This document shows, one piece after another, positions 1 to 13,443 of a DNA stretch of 64,000 nucleotides (positions are counted from its first letter, which is position 1; each line of letters begins with the position of its first letter). The position numbers and the translations under genes are program-made. The notes under the pieces were generated by a model. That model saw only the letters and a program-made list of their open reading frames with translations, was not told where the DNA came from and searched no databases. Source of the stretch: Octopus vulgaris (taxonomy: Eukaryota); assembly GCA_951406725.2 (NCBI GenBank), contig OX597829.1, forward strand, positions 56,978,001 to 57,042,000, written 5' to 3'.

Positions 1-185
1 AAGAACAATAAAAATAAAATGGTTAAAGCTAGAGGCATTGATTAGATGTTTCTATTGATCAGATTGGTTATCTCTTTGTTTGGGATAGGATAGGCCTGCT
101 TTAAGTAGAATAAGTAAAAGATAACTACTACAATAAAATAACAAAATAAAAATAGTCATCATAGATAGAGAAGGTTTGTGTGTGT

Positions 186-247
<62 letters not shown>

Positions 248-366
248 AACTGGAGTTATCTATTTCCAAGTATTCGGCACTTGATCAGTTTTTGTCCCAG
301 ATGTATTTCCTACTTGAATTAGGCTGGAGTAGGTGGCTATCTTAACACCACCATCACCATTAACAC

Positions 367-398
<32 letters not shown>

Positions 399-2218
399 GG
401 TGTGGTTATGGAGTTTGTGTGGTATACAACATTTCAGTGGTGGAATGGTGGGTGAACTCAGTAGCACAGAACAGAAAATAACACAACTGTAAATAACAAA
501 ATCTATAGGAGGAACAGCAGCAGCAGCAATAATAATAATAATAATAATCACAAATAATAATGATAATATTTAGCTGGATGTATGAACACTTAGTTTCCTG
601 AATCAGCCAGAGAAGCTACATAAAAGGAGTGCCCTAATTGAAGCAGTGTCATGTAAAACATGATTACTCCACTGAACACAGACACAAAACCAACTTCTTT
701 TCTATAGTTGTTCCTTCTATTTGAGCAGCAAATTAAGGTTGGGTTTAATAAAAAGATAACAACAACAGCAACAATAATTCTGACAATAATAATAATAATA
801 ATGATAATACAAAAGATGATTGGTTACAAGAGGTTGTGTGATAGCAGTTGCATTTGATTACAGAAAATGCCAAGCTGAGATCCATAATGAAACGAACAAA
901 TTTTGCCAAAATTCTTTTGAGGATCTTCATTTTAGGTGGTAAGCGTAGTAATGATAGTGGAAGAGGGGGGGTGGGGTGGGTGGGTGAAAGGCACCAACAA
1001 CATTTACATCCTGGCAATTGTACAATCAGTTTTCATATGGTGAAACTTTCCCAAAGTAAGCAGTAATTACAAATCTCATAGTCCTAATTCACAGTGGGAG
1101 TAACAAAAATATTCTCGGCATTGATCGCAGTTTTGTCAGAAATCAATAAAATTTCTTCAGAAACCAAGAATAGATTCAAGAATTTCTTCCATTTTTGTTT
1201 ATTGTGTTATTATTATTATTATTATTATTTGTTGAAAATATGAAAAACACGAAACATGATCTTATAACCGAAGAAGATTAATGGGATGCAGTGACATTCA
1301 TGTGTTCCTGTATCATGTTTTCTGAGATTAGCACCAGATTCATATAAATCTATTGATGACATCATAGCTGACTGAATGGGTACCAGGACACTACCGGAAC
1401 AATGAGGGAACCTCCATATGGCTCACGACCAGCTAGAAACAGCAGCTAAATCTCTCTTTCACATCACTCTGAACATAAAAAAGAAAAAAGATACATTGGT
1501 TGTTGTAATCCGAGACACTCTAAAAAAGACGGAATGATTGAAGACGGAATACGTTTGATCAAAATTCTATCAGATCATTGGTCACCTGGCTGTGTGACTA
1601 TGTAATTTAACATTTGATCCTACATGGCAGCAGAGGTCTTCTGGCAGTCTCAGGTTAACCAAAATATTGTCAATAGAATTTGGTAGACAGGTGACAGGTG
1701 ACAGGTGCTAATTCACTACCCAGTTTAACAACACAATCTGATTATTGGAAGCCTTTAGTTGAGCAAGTATTTGGACTATGTCTTTGGTTTGGGAATAAGT
1801 TTTTTCCTTTTCTCCTGTAAATTCTTGGAGGCTCCACTAAAGGACTATGAATGCCATCACTTATCCTCTAAGTCATAAAAAAAAAAAATCCTAGTGAGAT
1901 AAACAGCAGCACCAGGACTGGTAGGATTTGAACTCAAAATATAGAGAGAGATGAGAGTAAACATTTGACGGCTCAACCATTTGTGTCCCTCAATTATCTT
2001 AACAAGTGTCACATCATCACCCTCCTCCTTACGACTGCATTCCATGTCAGCATGAGTTAGATGGATCATTGCTCTCTCTTATACAAGGTGTAAGGGGGAA
2101 CATATCTCATTCTTTTTAGTCTTTTTTTTTTTCAGTTAAATGATCTTTCTGATGCCAACCACTCTACTAAGTTTACTTGGCCCACAGGAGATATAATTAC
2201 ATTTTGCACAAGTCTAAA

Positions 2219-2867
2219 GAATGATAATGACCTGGCAGTACTTGAGGAAGGCTTTTCTAGTTAGAGATGAACTGCACAAGTATGGAAGTAGCTGCAGGTG
2301 AACCTGTTTGAGATGTATACAGAACAATAAACCCATCCTATATACATCTGTTCAGTGTATAAGTCCCCATCAATCCTACATTTAAGAGTTGACATGCATA
2401 TTTGATCATGGCATCAGTGCTAGAGAGAGGGAGGGAGGGAGAGAGAGAGAGCGAGGGGGGTGTGTGAATAGTAGGAGATGGATAAGGAATGTTGATACTG
2501 AATTGCCAATAGAGAATATACAACCTCTACTGTTATAGTAAATGGTTTGATAATAACAAACCCTATACTATACAGTACAGGTTGTATATTCACAGTAGAA
2601 ACCAGGCAGAGTGAAGACAAGTCACCTTCCTTTGTCAAAAGCAGGTTAATACTATATTTGGTTGATAGACAGATCTGTCTGACACACACAACTGTCCAAT
2701 GCAAACCCACAAACGGACAATGGTCGGACACTGAACAGATGTATATAGGATGGGTTTATTGTTCTGTATACATCTCAAACAGGTTCACCTGCAGCTACTT
2801 CCATACTTGTGGAGTTCATTTCTAACTAGAAAAGCCTTCCTGAAGTACTGCCAGGTCATTATCATTC
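2219..2867. repeat. Inverted repeat of about 140 bp (2219-2358 / 2728-2867) around a 370-bp spacer
   Basis: The arms are near-identical reverse complements with only a few mismatches; no recognisable TSD or family terminus. Confidence 0.85.
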
Positions 2868-3005
2868 ATATCACTCATTAACCCACTATTACAAAGCATT
2901 CAAGTACTTTACCAGCAGGACAATAATCAAAATATCAAAAGCCCAGTCTCTGAGCTGTAGAAGGATGAACTGGGATGAACAGCGACACCCTTCTTCATTG
3001 TTATA

Positions 3006-3789
3006 CAAGGTGTCACAAAAAATCACTGATGGGTTTCAATTTTTAATAATTTCCTAAACTTTACAAATAAATGGATAAAATTTTGAAACCATATAAAGGA
3101 CATAATGGAAATTAATATGCACAAATCAAATTTTGCAACACCACTACATCACATACACACATGTGCTCTTTCCAAAACTTGCACCATAACACCCTCAAGA
3201 GTTTCAGACCCCACTTCTCTGATTTCTCTATTGATATTCTCCTTCAGTTGCACCAGGGTCTCTGGTTTCTTGACGTAAACCCTCTCTTTAAGGAATCCAT
3301 GATTGAGACCTCTTTTATGCCCAGCCATACAAAGTAGACCTCACACATGGTTCCAGCAAGATGGGGTAACTGCTCTCATACCGAAAGAGAAACAATGCAG
3401 TTGCTAGGGAAGTGCTCTAGAGAGAGAGAATAATCTCCTGCTATGGCAATGTCAACTGGCCTGAAAGAGAGGGTCTATGTCAACAAACCTGAAAGAGAGG
3501 GTTTACGTCAAGAAACCTGAAAGACAGAGTTTATGTCAAGAAACTAGAGACCCTGGTGCAACTGAAGGAGAAATCAGAGAAGTGGGGTCTGAAACTCTTG
3601 AGGGTGTTATGGTGCAAGGTTTGGAAAGAGCGCATGTGTGTATGTGATGTAGTGGTGTTGCAAAATTTGATTTGTGCATATTAATTTCCATTATGTTCTT
3701 GATATTGTATCAAAATTTCATGCATTTATTTGTAAAGTTAAGGAAGTTATTGAAAATTGAAACCCATCAGTGACTTTTGGGAAACGCTG
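3006..3789. mobile_element. Tc1/mariner-superfamily foldback element made of two inverted copies of a transposase 3' end
   Basis: TA TSD at 3004-3005 and 3790-3791; arms of about 290 bp; the plus strand reads WFQQDGVTA...IISCYGNVNWP then LKERVYVKKP-ETLVQLKE...EVGSETLEGVMVQ. Confidence 0.85.
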
Positions 3790-5916
3790 TAGAAGACAAG
3801 GAACGTGTGCTGGTGTGCTGGCTTCAGAATATACCTGTGCATCATCAATGGCAGTATGCTAAGATTCCACGGAGGAGATGTTGACAACAGATGGATTTTC
3901 TGACTGACAAAACTTGTTTCTACAAGATATGAAAGAGCTTGTACTCTGACCTGATCAATGCTTCCTGTCACAAAGCATGATGGACAGGGGAAACAAATGA
4001 AGTGAGGAAGGAACGAACCACATGTTTGCCCAACCTTTCAAGAACAACCTCCTTTGATTTAATTTCTGAGCAAGAATGGTTACCCTGCTCAAAATCTCTT
4101 TCCAGTTTTTCTCCACCAGGAGGCAAGTACCTTAAATGGGCCTTCTGTTCTTCAAATGCTGGGCTGCAAGTTCACCAGCTTATTCTGAGATTACAGCTCA
4201 ATCAAAGAGACAAGCTTCAATAATCCCTGCTAGCATGCATGATGGTGTTGGTGTTATGGGAACAAGTTTAGGGCGGGTTCAGACATATGCTAGCATTAAT
4301 AATACATCCCTCAGCTTTTGTGTAAAAAAAATGGCCAATGAACAATCTTGTAGCTTGCAAATCAACTGTGATTCCTCTTTGAATCAGATGTTTACCAGCT
4401 CTTCTACTTTACCAAAGGTAATGTAACTTATCTAAAGTGTCACTTGGATGAGGCCCTCCCACATTTGTTGGTGACAGCCACCATTTGTTCCTACTTAACT
4501 TGCTTAATCCATTTAACGATGATGATGATAATTAGGAGAGAGAAATGAAATGCTTTAATAGTCAAGCTTTTCACAGGAAGTAAAAATAACTTCTGTGATT
4601 GGTAGTACAATGCAGTAGGAAATCCTCAGGTTAGCTGTGATCAAAGGCATTTCAGTAGTGATCACTGTTTTATTATCACATTAAGGTACATCTAGGACTA
4701 CATTATTCAATGTGACTTTCCCTTTTTAAGATAACAGGGTGAGATTATTGGGAGTTTTGACTGCCATTTCTAGCAGGTTAAACAACCACATAAATTCATA
4801 GAAATTAACTATGATGCACAAAAGCTAATTGCTATGTGGCATTTAATTGAAGATTAAGCATTATTAACCACAAAGTCAGCCTCAGCCTCGACTCAAAGAT
4901 ACCAATACAAATAGAAATAATACTGATTTTAATCATTGATGGAAGGACACAAATTATAGGAGAGGAGGAGATTGACACAATGATATTACTGGTTTTGGTT
5001 TTACTGACTGTGAAAAGATGAATGGCAAAAGTGAAGTCAAAATTTCAACTAGGAACCAGGAGGGACAATTCTAAATGCTACAGACTTATTCGCTCCCATA
5101 CACTTAATGTCTGAAATTAATTTACTGAATATATGTCATGTCAGTGGCACGTAAAAGCACCCATTACACTCTTGCAGTGGTTGGTGTGAGGAAGGGCATC
5201 TAGCCGTAGAAACCATGCCAAATCAGACTGGAACTTGGTATAGCTCTTTGGTTCATCAGCTCCAGTCAAACCATCCAACCCATGCCAGCATAGAGAGTGG
5301 ACATTAACTGATGATGATTCCTACAAGTTATTGTGGTTGCTTTATGGATATAGATCAAGTGAACTGAACTCAATGCACAAGTATTTATTACTTTAATCAG
5401 TCCTGGAAATAATGTCAAACTAGAGCAATATTTAAACACAATACTGTTAAACAACCAAACTAGGGTGAGCGGCTACCGTGTCTGACACACAAACACCAAG
5501 TCATCTAACAGACACAAGGTCTCAGATTCTGGAGGAAAGGAACGGTTGATTTCATACCACAAGACGTCCAATCTAAGTTCTTGAAGTTGATTTCATCAAC
5601 CTCAGTACTCCATTTCATTGATCCCCAGAAGGAAATGAGATGAAAAGTTGACCTTGGAAGGACTTGAACACAGAATGTAAAGTACTGTAACTAAACATTC
5701 AGATTTTGTTCACTGCTCTAATGATTGTACAAGGCTAGACATTTTAATGTTAGGATAGAGTTATATTAGCCTGAGGATTTAACTGGTAATTTCATAGAGC
5801 ATGAAAAGATGGAAGGTACAACTGATCTCAACAGGATTTGAACTGAAAGTCTAAAGAGGCTACAGACTTATAGAGAAATAGTAGAGTCCATTCAAAATCA
5901 ACGTCAGTGCAATATC

Positions 5917-6437
5917 CAGTAGCATAGCCAGGTTCTAAAATTGGGGGGAGTGAGCACTTAGAACAAAACAAAAGGCAACGTGACACATACCACACAATTT
6001 TTAACTCATTTCTCTTGTATTACATGAAATATTTCATTAGTAATAATAAACATAAATTCATTAATTTTATGTTTCACTAACAATGTCATTATGGATTAAA
6101 CTTACAACTACTGATATGCGATATGAAAATAATGAAATTCAATGGATTGTCCAGTGTTGAGAGGTTATGACATCAAGGTTTGTTTTGGTTCTTCAGATGT
6201 CAGTGGCCATCAACACATTGCAGGAGATGGAGCTGACAGTTCAGAAGTTGGTCAAATAAAGTAACGACTCCATAAAGTTCTTCCAAGGTCATGCAATTAG
6301 CGAAAAAAAGAGATTCAACTTTTATTGCACAATTGAACTAAAGAGTTAAAAAGCAGAAACTGTTGAAAAGGCACCAATTTTGAAAAAATGTGATCAGGTG
6401 GGGAATGGTCAGTCCCCTTGCTCCCCCTACACCACTG
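5917..6437. mobile_element. hAT-type non-autonomous element
   Basis: Termini CAGTAGCATAG / CTACACCACTG; 8-bp TSD gcaatatc / acaatatc (7 of 8). Confidence 0.7.
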
Positions 6438-7094
6438 ACAATATCCTGGTGGGATTCGAGCTGAGAACATAAAGGAATATGACTAAACATGGCATTACCA
6501 TTTCTGCAATTTACTGTCTTCTACAACAATAACAACAGCAACACTGCCACCATCTATAAAGGACAAGCCTGAAGCATTCTCATGGAATCTTGACTGTCTG
6601 GGATTAACAGCTCAACTCAATATAAAAGATCTTTCAAAAGACACAGAATCCAAGTTGTTTACACATAAACCATGGCCCTTACAACCTAGAGCCAATGTTA
6701 GAACTGTATTAAGCGAGATTTCATTTCGTAAGGGACAATACGGCCATGCCTCCACACAGCCCCCAGCCTGCATCTGATGCCAAGATCCACATTTTGATTG
6801 GGAGCTTTCTACATTTGACTATAAAAGGGATCAAACATTTTGAAGCTGAAGACTTTCAACATTTGGGATGTTTTAACACAGAAAGCATTCTATATAACAC
6901 TTCAATAGATCCACCACCTGACACCCAGGTAACAATAATGATTTGCATTCAACTGAAAAGTCATAAAAGGAGCATCTACATTTTTGATCAATTTGCTAGA
7001 AATAGCAGCTAAATCTCCTTTAAATTACACTTTTTCCTATCTTTGCATTCATTAGACAATAGCGCAAGGTTGTCCTTTTTTGGCTTTTTGTTTT

Positions 7095-7440
7095 TCGCCT
7101 GACTGGCACTAGTGTTGGTGGCATGTAATAAGCACCATTCAAGCATGGGTCAATGCTAGTGCCGCATGACTGGCTGCCTGTGCCGGTGGCATGTAAAAAG
7201 TACCACATGAACGTAGTCAATACCAGAGCCCCTGACTGGCTACTAAGGCAGTGGCTTGTAAAAAGCACCCCCTACACTCTCAGAATGGTTGGTGTTAGGA
7301 AGGGCATCCAGCTGTAGAAACCTTGCCAAATCAGATTGGAGCCTGGTGCAGCCTCTTGGCTTGCCAATCCCCAGTCAAACTGTCCAACCCATACCAGCAT
7401 GGAAAAACGGACGTTAACGATGATGATGATGATGACTGAT
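7095..7440 (+). mobile_element. RTE LINE 3' UTR fragment; similar pieces at about 5140-5318 (+), 9900-9978 (+) and 55030-55315 (-)
   Basis: aaaagcaccc..tacactctc..ggttggtgttaggaagggcatccagctgtagaaac..ccaacccat..agcatggaaaa..gatgatg matches 62475-62656. Confidence 0.85.
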
Positions 7441-8814
7441 ACAACCAAGACATTGCTCCAGTCAGGGTATCATTTCATCTGGAAGTGGAAGTTTCTCACC
7501 CTCAACCAGATCCCACTGTAGTAAAATTTCAATTCAGAATGAAAAGAACTGCAATGGATGCTGTAAGACACCGTCTGACAATATAACAACTTAGTTAATC
7601 CACTGAGCTGGATCAATACTTTATTGAGCCAGAAAAGATGAAAAGCTGAGTTGACTCAGTAGCATTTGAACTCAAGACTATAAACAACCAGAACAAATGC
7701 CACAAAATACAAACAATTTGTCATCTTTTTTTTTTTAAATAACACCTACCATTATAAGGGGGGTGGAGGTGCTGCATAACATAGTCCTATGTATCATGTC
7801 TTAAAAAAAGATGGGATGGCCACATGTGGAATATCTTTGATCACATAATAATAATAGACTGCAGAGGAAGCATGGAGACAATCTTCCATTCAGTTATTAC
7901 ACACCTTCCTTTGATGTTTTAAACATCTACAAGGGTTGTGAATATGCATGGCTTAGTTTACTCCCTGGGAACAATTTACAGTTTGTATCATGGGTGGGGA
8001 ACAGATGACATTAGAAACAGAAAAACACACACATACACACATGGAGGACTAAAGATAAATACTCATATACACACTGGAATAAACAAACACACACACACAC
8101 ATTATCAGAAAGAGATATAAGCAGGTATGCATTAATATAAAGACAGGTACATACATGCACGCACTGGTATAAAGAGATGATGTACATGTACACTAGCTTA
8201 AAGGGGCATTTGGTTGCTATTTCTCTCAGGTCAATCAACTATGGAGTGTTTGGTTTTGTCTTTGACAATGTGACTCATTCTTCTGACTTAATCTCTAAGG
8301 AAGGTGTTCTGGAGAGGAATGTGTACAGTTAAAGAATCAACAACCAATAAAGTTGAAGAACTTCCAATCAAAATTCTTCATCAAAATATTTCTGACTTGA
8401 ATTATCAATTGGAAGGTTATAATCCAAATCCAAGAAAAATCTAACTCAAAAGAAATGGTCACACAAATCTAAATAAATTCTATGCTTACAATAAGAGCCA
8501 AACAATGAGGCTTGTACTAATTAAAATATCGTTAAATTGCTAAGTAGTTAACTGGTTAATCCTATATTATAGTTTAATAAATCGGAATTAACACACAGGT
8601 TTGTGGAACACAATTGAGACTAACAAAATTATTATTAAATGATTTAAGCAACATTATTATTGCTGAAGAAAAATATTAACTAAAGCTTAGGATTAAAAAC
8701 TTATAAAAAAACCCCATTTCTATTCTGAAAGAAATTCTATACTTTTCTATCATTTTGTATTCAGTAACAAGTTTTGGTGCCAAAAAACAATATGATAATG
8801 CTTATCTCAAGGAA

Positions 8815-9105
8815 TGCTGTATAGCAAGGGGTGGAGGAGCCATTCCACTGCCAGGGGGAATAGCAAGTGCCATAAGAACTTGTGAGGTCTTATCTGTTTT
8901 TGAGGAAAACAATGAATCTTTAATTATGTTAATAGGTAAGCATCTTATATTAAACTCCTGTTCTGGTCTTAAAGGATTAACCACTTTGCTTTTTTTCTTC
9001 TTTTATATTTATTTTTAGAGACTATGTCAGCATGCCAATTTAAAAATATATTTAGGTTAAATTTTACCCTTGGGCAAAAGATACTCCACCCTTGCTACAC
9101 AGCAT
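8815..9105. mobile_element. Short TIR element (hAT-like MITE)
   Basis: atgctgtatagcaaggggtgga versus tccacccttgctacacagcat; no clear TSD. Confidence 0.5.
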
Positions 9106-10251
9106 CAACATTATTCCACCCCTGAAGTACAGCAACAACAAGGCCCCACTTCTGCAATACAGCTCCAATCATTTTTGTTTCTTTTTAAAGTCACCATTTT
9201 CTCTTTAGTGAAATATCAGAACACAATTAGCCAAGCACATTACTTGCAGATATATTCTCATACTTTTCCAGATGCCATAAAAGAATTATTGGTAGAGCGA
9301 TTCTTAATTTTGTAGAGCTTGTGGAATGCCCTCCATCATTAAAAACATAAATCTGTTTGACTCATGGAACACTGCTGTGTTTTTCATAAGTTAGCCTAGT
9401 TAAGGATTATATTTTTAAGGCTTAGTTACAAGAAGGGGTCTGTGATGGTTACAGGTCATCACAGACTGAGACCAGTATGATTAAAATGATTGTTGTTCAG
9501 CCTGAATATGAATAAGTTGACATTTGCAGGTAAGACATGAATGGAGTGAGAGGTGGGGGGGTTTACAAAGGATTTAAGTTCAAGAAAGGCACAGATGTGG
9601 CTGTGTGATTAAGAAGTTTGCTTGCCAACCAAATGGTTCTGGGTTCAGTCCCACTGCATGGCACCTTGGGCAAGTGTCTTCTACTAAAGCCCCATGCTGA
9701 CCAAAGCCTTGTGAGTGGATTTGGTACATGGAAACTGAATGAAGCCTATCACATATATAACAATAATAACAAAACAAAAGGATGTGCACATGGAACGTAT
9801 TAATTTGACACTCAGTGAAAAGAGAGGGTTTTTGACACTTTGAGCATAGCTCTTTGTCAGAAAAGTCCAGAAAAGGAAATTGTATGTGTGTGTGTAATCT
9901 GGGCAGCCCTTCAGCTCCTGTCAAACTGCCCAACCCATGCCAGCATGGAACAGATGTTAAATGTTGTTGATGATGATGTGTGTGTGTGTGTCTTCTTGTC
10001 CTTGACATTGAGTGTTGACAGTAGTAGAATGAGTGTCACTGAAACAAATAGTGTCATTCATTTACAGTACACTATGAGAACACATTGGATGATGGAAACG
10101 TGAGGGTTGCCGACGAAGAGCATCTGGCTGGAGAAAATCAACCATCAATCAATTTCATTCATGCAAATATGGAAAACTGGGTATTAAAATGATGATGATG
10201 ATGATAAGAAGGAGTGAGAGATGAGACAACAGAGGCTGTTGTAGTTGTGGT

Positions 10252-10623
10252 GAGGGAGGCGCAATGGCCCAGTGGTTAGGGCAGTGGACTCGCGGTCATA
10301 GGATCGCGGTTTCGATTCCTAGACCGGGCGTTGTGAGTGTTTATTGAGCGAAAACACCTAAAGCTCCACGAGGCTCTGGCAGGGCTGGTGGTGATCCCTG
10401 CTGTACTCTTTCACCACAACTTCCTGTTTCTGTTGTACCTGTATTTCAAAGGGCTGGCCTTGTCACTCTCTGTGTCACGCTGAATATCCTCGAGAACTAC
10501 GTTAAGGGTACACGTGTCTGTGGAGTGCTCAGCCACTTACACGTTAATTTCACAAGCAGGCTGTTCCGTTGATTCGGAACAACCGGAACCCTCATCGTCA
10601 TAACCGACGGAGTGCTTCCATCA
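10252..10623 (+). mobile_element. Full-length tRNA-derived SINE (family A; resembles described octopus OR-type SINEs, unverified)
   Basis: A box TGGCCCAGTGG and B box GTTTCGATTCC; perfect 12-bp TSD tgtagttgtggt (10240-10251, 10624-10635). Confidence 0.9.
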
Positions 10624-10704
10624 TGTAGTTGTGGTATAATAGAGTAGAGTAAGGAGAGGAGCACATTTGTGGAGCAGAATATGTTGATGAAGGAGTAGTC
10701 ACCA

Positions 10705-10920
10705 AGGTAGCAAAGTTGGCAGAAACGATAGCATGCTGGGCGAAATGCTTAGTGGTATTTCGTCTGTCTTTACATTCTGAGTTCAAATTCTGTCAAGGTT
10801 GACTTTGTCTTTCATCCTTTCAGGGTCAATAAATTAAGTACCAGTTGAATACTGGGGTTGATCTAATTGACTGGCCTCCCTCTCCCAAAATTTCGGGCCT
10901 TGTACCTAGAGTAGAAAAAA
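10705..10920 (+). mobile_element. SINE family C; other copies at about 16879-16990 (+), 23876-24050 (+), 46640-46760 (+), 36085-36290 (-), 5540-5720 (-)
   Basis: Recurrent ggcagaaac..tagca.g..gggcgaaatgcttag.ggtatttcg.ctgtctttac.ttctgagttcaaatt....ggt.gactttg.ctttcatcc, with a B-box-like GAGTTCAAAT. Confidence 0.75.
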
Positions 10921-10966
10921 AAAAATGAGTAGTCACCAATTAGGAGGGCAGAGACTTCCTCTAAAT

Positions 10967-11225
10967 CAGTGGCTTTCTACTGGGGTCCCTGACTTCTGGG
11001 GATCCATGCAAACAAAATAATAAAATGGGCCCCACAGTAGTATATTAAGGGTCCATAAAAAATTTTTTGCTTTAGTTGTAGCTATTCTAAAAAACAGTTA
11101 AAAACCTTTCTCTAATGTTTTACATAGTCCAACCTACACAAGTGAATGTGTGAAAAAATAAAATAAGAATTTTGAAAGAAGTAATCAAAGAGGTCCATAG
11201 ATAAAAAGATGGTTCAGAACCACTA
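10967..11225. mobile_element. hAT-Charlie-like MITE
   Basis: Termini CAGTGG...AACCACTA; TSD ctctaaat / ttctaaat fits the Charlie-type NTCTARAN target. Confidence 0.7.
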
Positions 11226-12834
11226 TTCTAAATAGTTAGGGTATAAATAATCAGAGTGAGGAGACAGCGCAACTACAGACCAGGTTGGTGAGAGAGAGAG
11301 AGAGAATCTTGGTCAAGATCAAGATCTATGTACAATAAGTGTTATTGCAGTTTTAGACATGTGGGTAGGATTCCTTTGTGGACCTTAAAATTAAAAAATA
11401 ATAGGTCAAAAGTAATTTTTTAAAAATTCTGAACAGGAAAGTTAGTCTTTGTGATGCAGTTTTGGTTATCTGAGAGTAAAATCACTACAGGAGATCACTT
11501 TGAGGGTAATGGTTGTGTGTATACACAAAAATGAGAATATGGTTTCAGTAATATGAACCAAATGACTGTGTTTGGCATATATTGCCATTGAAGGATATTA
11601 CAGATATGGTAATGCCAGGATGTTTCAGACATGATGTTGCTGCAGGAGGTTCTAGCATTTATCTGCTTATTCTTTTGTTTCAGTCATTGGACTACGACTA
11701 TGCTGGAGCACCATCAATTAGACAGATCCCAGAACTTATTCTTAAAACAGCTACTTTTTTTTTGTTGATGTATTTTTACCAATCCCCTATTTTATGAAGA
11801 TGTAAACAAACCAACACCCGTTGCCAAGCAGTAAAACAAATACAGACTCACAAAAGAGTTTCCAAACAATTTCCCACAAGGCATTAGTCAAACCAAGACT
11901 ATAGTAGAAGACCCTTGTCCTAGGTGTCACATAGTAGGACTGACCTTGAAATCATGTGGTCCCAAAGTGAACTTCTCAACAACACACTGATGGAGACCTG
12001 AGGTTTTTAGTTGTGTGTCGTCTAAAAGTAGAGAGGATGATACAGGAGACTATTTCAGTGACATGTGCTGTCAATATGTCTGTTCTATTGAGAGGCACTG
12101 AAACATTATGTTCCCATTGGAGGATGTTTTTACTCAGTACAATTGTGTGAAATGGTTGATGTGAGGAAGGGCATCCAGCTGTAAAAGCCATGCCATAAAT
12201 GGAATGTATGAATGAGTGTATTTCATCTAAGGGTGAGTAACTCCAACTAAAATTTAATTCATACCTTCGTTAATTCATCCACTCCATTCCAATAGATGTA
12301 AAATAACGATCAGGATATTTAATAAATTCCCTGTCCATCAAATATGGTAAGTACAGAAGACCAACAACTGTTGTAGGATGACCGAGTCCATTTTTAACTA
12401 ATTCCATTTTGGCCACCAAAAAAATACAGAAATATACTGGACAGTGGAGAAAGTGTACATGTCCAGGCTGACACTCTAGTTGCGTTTAGCTTAGCAGTCA
12501 GCCCTAATCAAGAAGAGTTTTGATCACAGTCACTCCACCTGTGACCACCACATCTATCCCTACATTATTCGATGAGTTTTGGTATTTTAAAATGTCGATA
12601 TGAAATTCAAAAGATATTTGTCCACTATGTCTTGTAGATCATGAGACCACGTAGAGGTTTCCTTAATGGTCCATAAAATTGTTATGAATTAAAAATAAAC
12701 TAAAGAAATCAAGGAAATATCATCATCATCGTTAACATCAGATAGGGAGAATTATGAAATTAATTAAAAAAAAAAAACAGTATGTTATGGGTGGAGACAA
12801 GGTGGATAATTCTAATAGTTTCTGATTATATATA

Positions 12835-13078
12835 TGATGGCTGTCCACTCATGACCAAGGAAGACCATCACTGATCTTGAGGTTATTGCATCAGCAGTTG
12901 GCTTCTCCTGGGTTCGCATTTGCAGCTCCAATGCTCACCTTGGAGCCCTTCCACTTGACCAGGTATTGGATAGTTGCCTTGCTGCTGATTGCACAACTTT
13001 CTCCTAGAGACATGCTTTAACAAAAGCTAAGGGATGCTTCACTCACAGTGGTCTTCCAGCAATCTGGACTTTGAGACC

Positions 13079-13080
<2 letters not shown>
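12835..13080 (-). mobile_element. Possible 3' end of a second RTE-type LINE
   Basis: Ends in gatggtcttccttggtcatgagtggacagccatca followed by (TA)n, an RTE-like 3' terminus; protein similarity is weak. Confidence 0.35.
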
Positions 13081-13131
<51 letters not shown>

Positions 13132-13134
13132 TCA

Positions 13135-13270
13135 CTGTTTATTTCCTTTTTGTTGAAGAGCTTAGGCTCGAAACAAAAGACTTTCTCACCTTCCTGAGCT
13201 TTAAACTAATACATCTGTTTGTTGTTTATACACCTGTCTTCGTTTTTTGTTTTTCTGTAAATTCCAATTA
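13135..13270 (+). mobile_element. Shorter copy of the same Penelope-like repeat end, between (TA)n tracts
   Basis: ttgttgaagagcttaggctcgaaacaaaagactttctc...ttcctgagc...actaataca aligns with 14818-14940. Confidence 0.5.
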
Positions 13271-13443
13271 TATATAGATGCAGCACGGACTTTGTCAGTG
13301 AACAGGTCGCGGATTTTAGCGACGAAAATATTTTGACAAATTAAACTTAAATGTTGGAGTGAATCGAACGGCTTTTGTGTGTTTCTTAAATGGCTTATAA
13401 ACACCTTCCACGCTGCAATTGTCAATTATATATATATATATAA

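Noticed and set aside
3460-3545. CRISPR-like 28-bp repeats
   Set aside because: They are directly tandem with no spacers, derive from transposase sequence, and lie in a eukaryotic context without cas genes.
3790-4430. ORFs 3747..3971, 4002..4223 and 4136..4426 as host exons
   Set aside because: No recognisable domain or coherent splice signals; more likely an ancient TE relic that I cannot classify.
10255-10330. tRNA gene
   Set aside because: A and B boxes are present, but this is the head of a TSD-flanked SINE with no complete cloverleaf.
12265-12410. Minus-strand exon candidate ending at an AG|GTATGA donor
   Set aside because: All three frames contain stops before the donor, so it cannot be the next coding exon.
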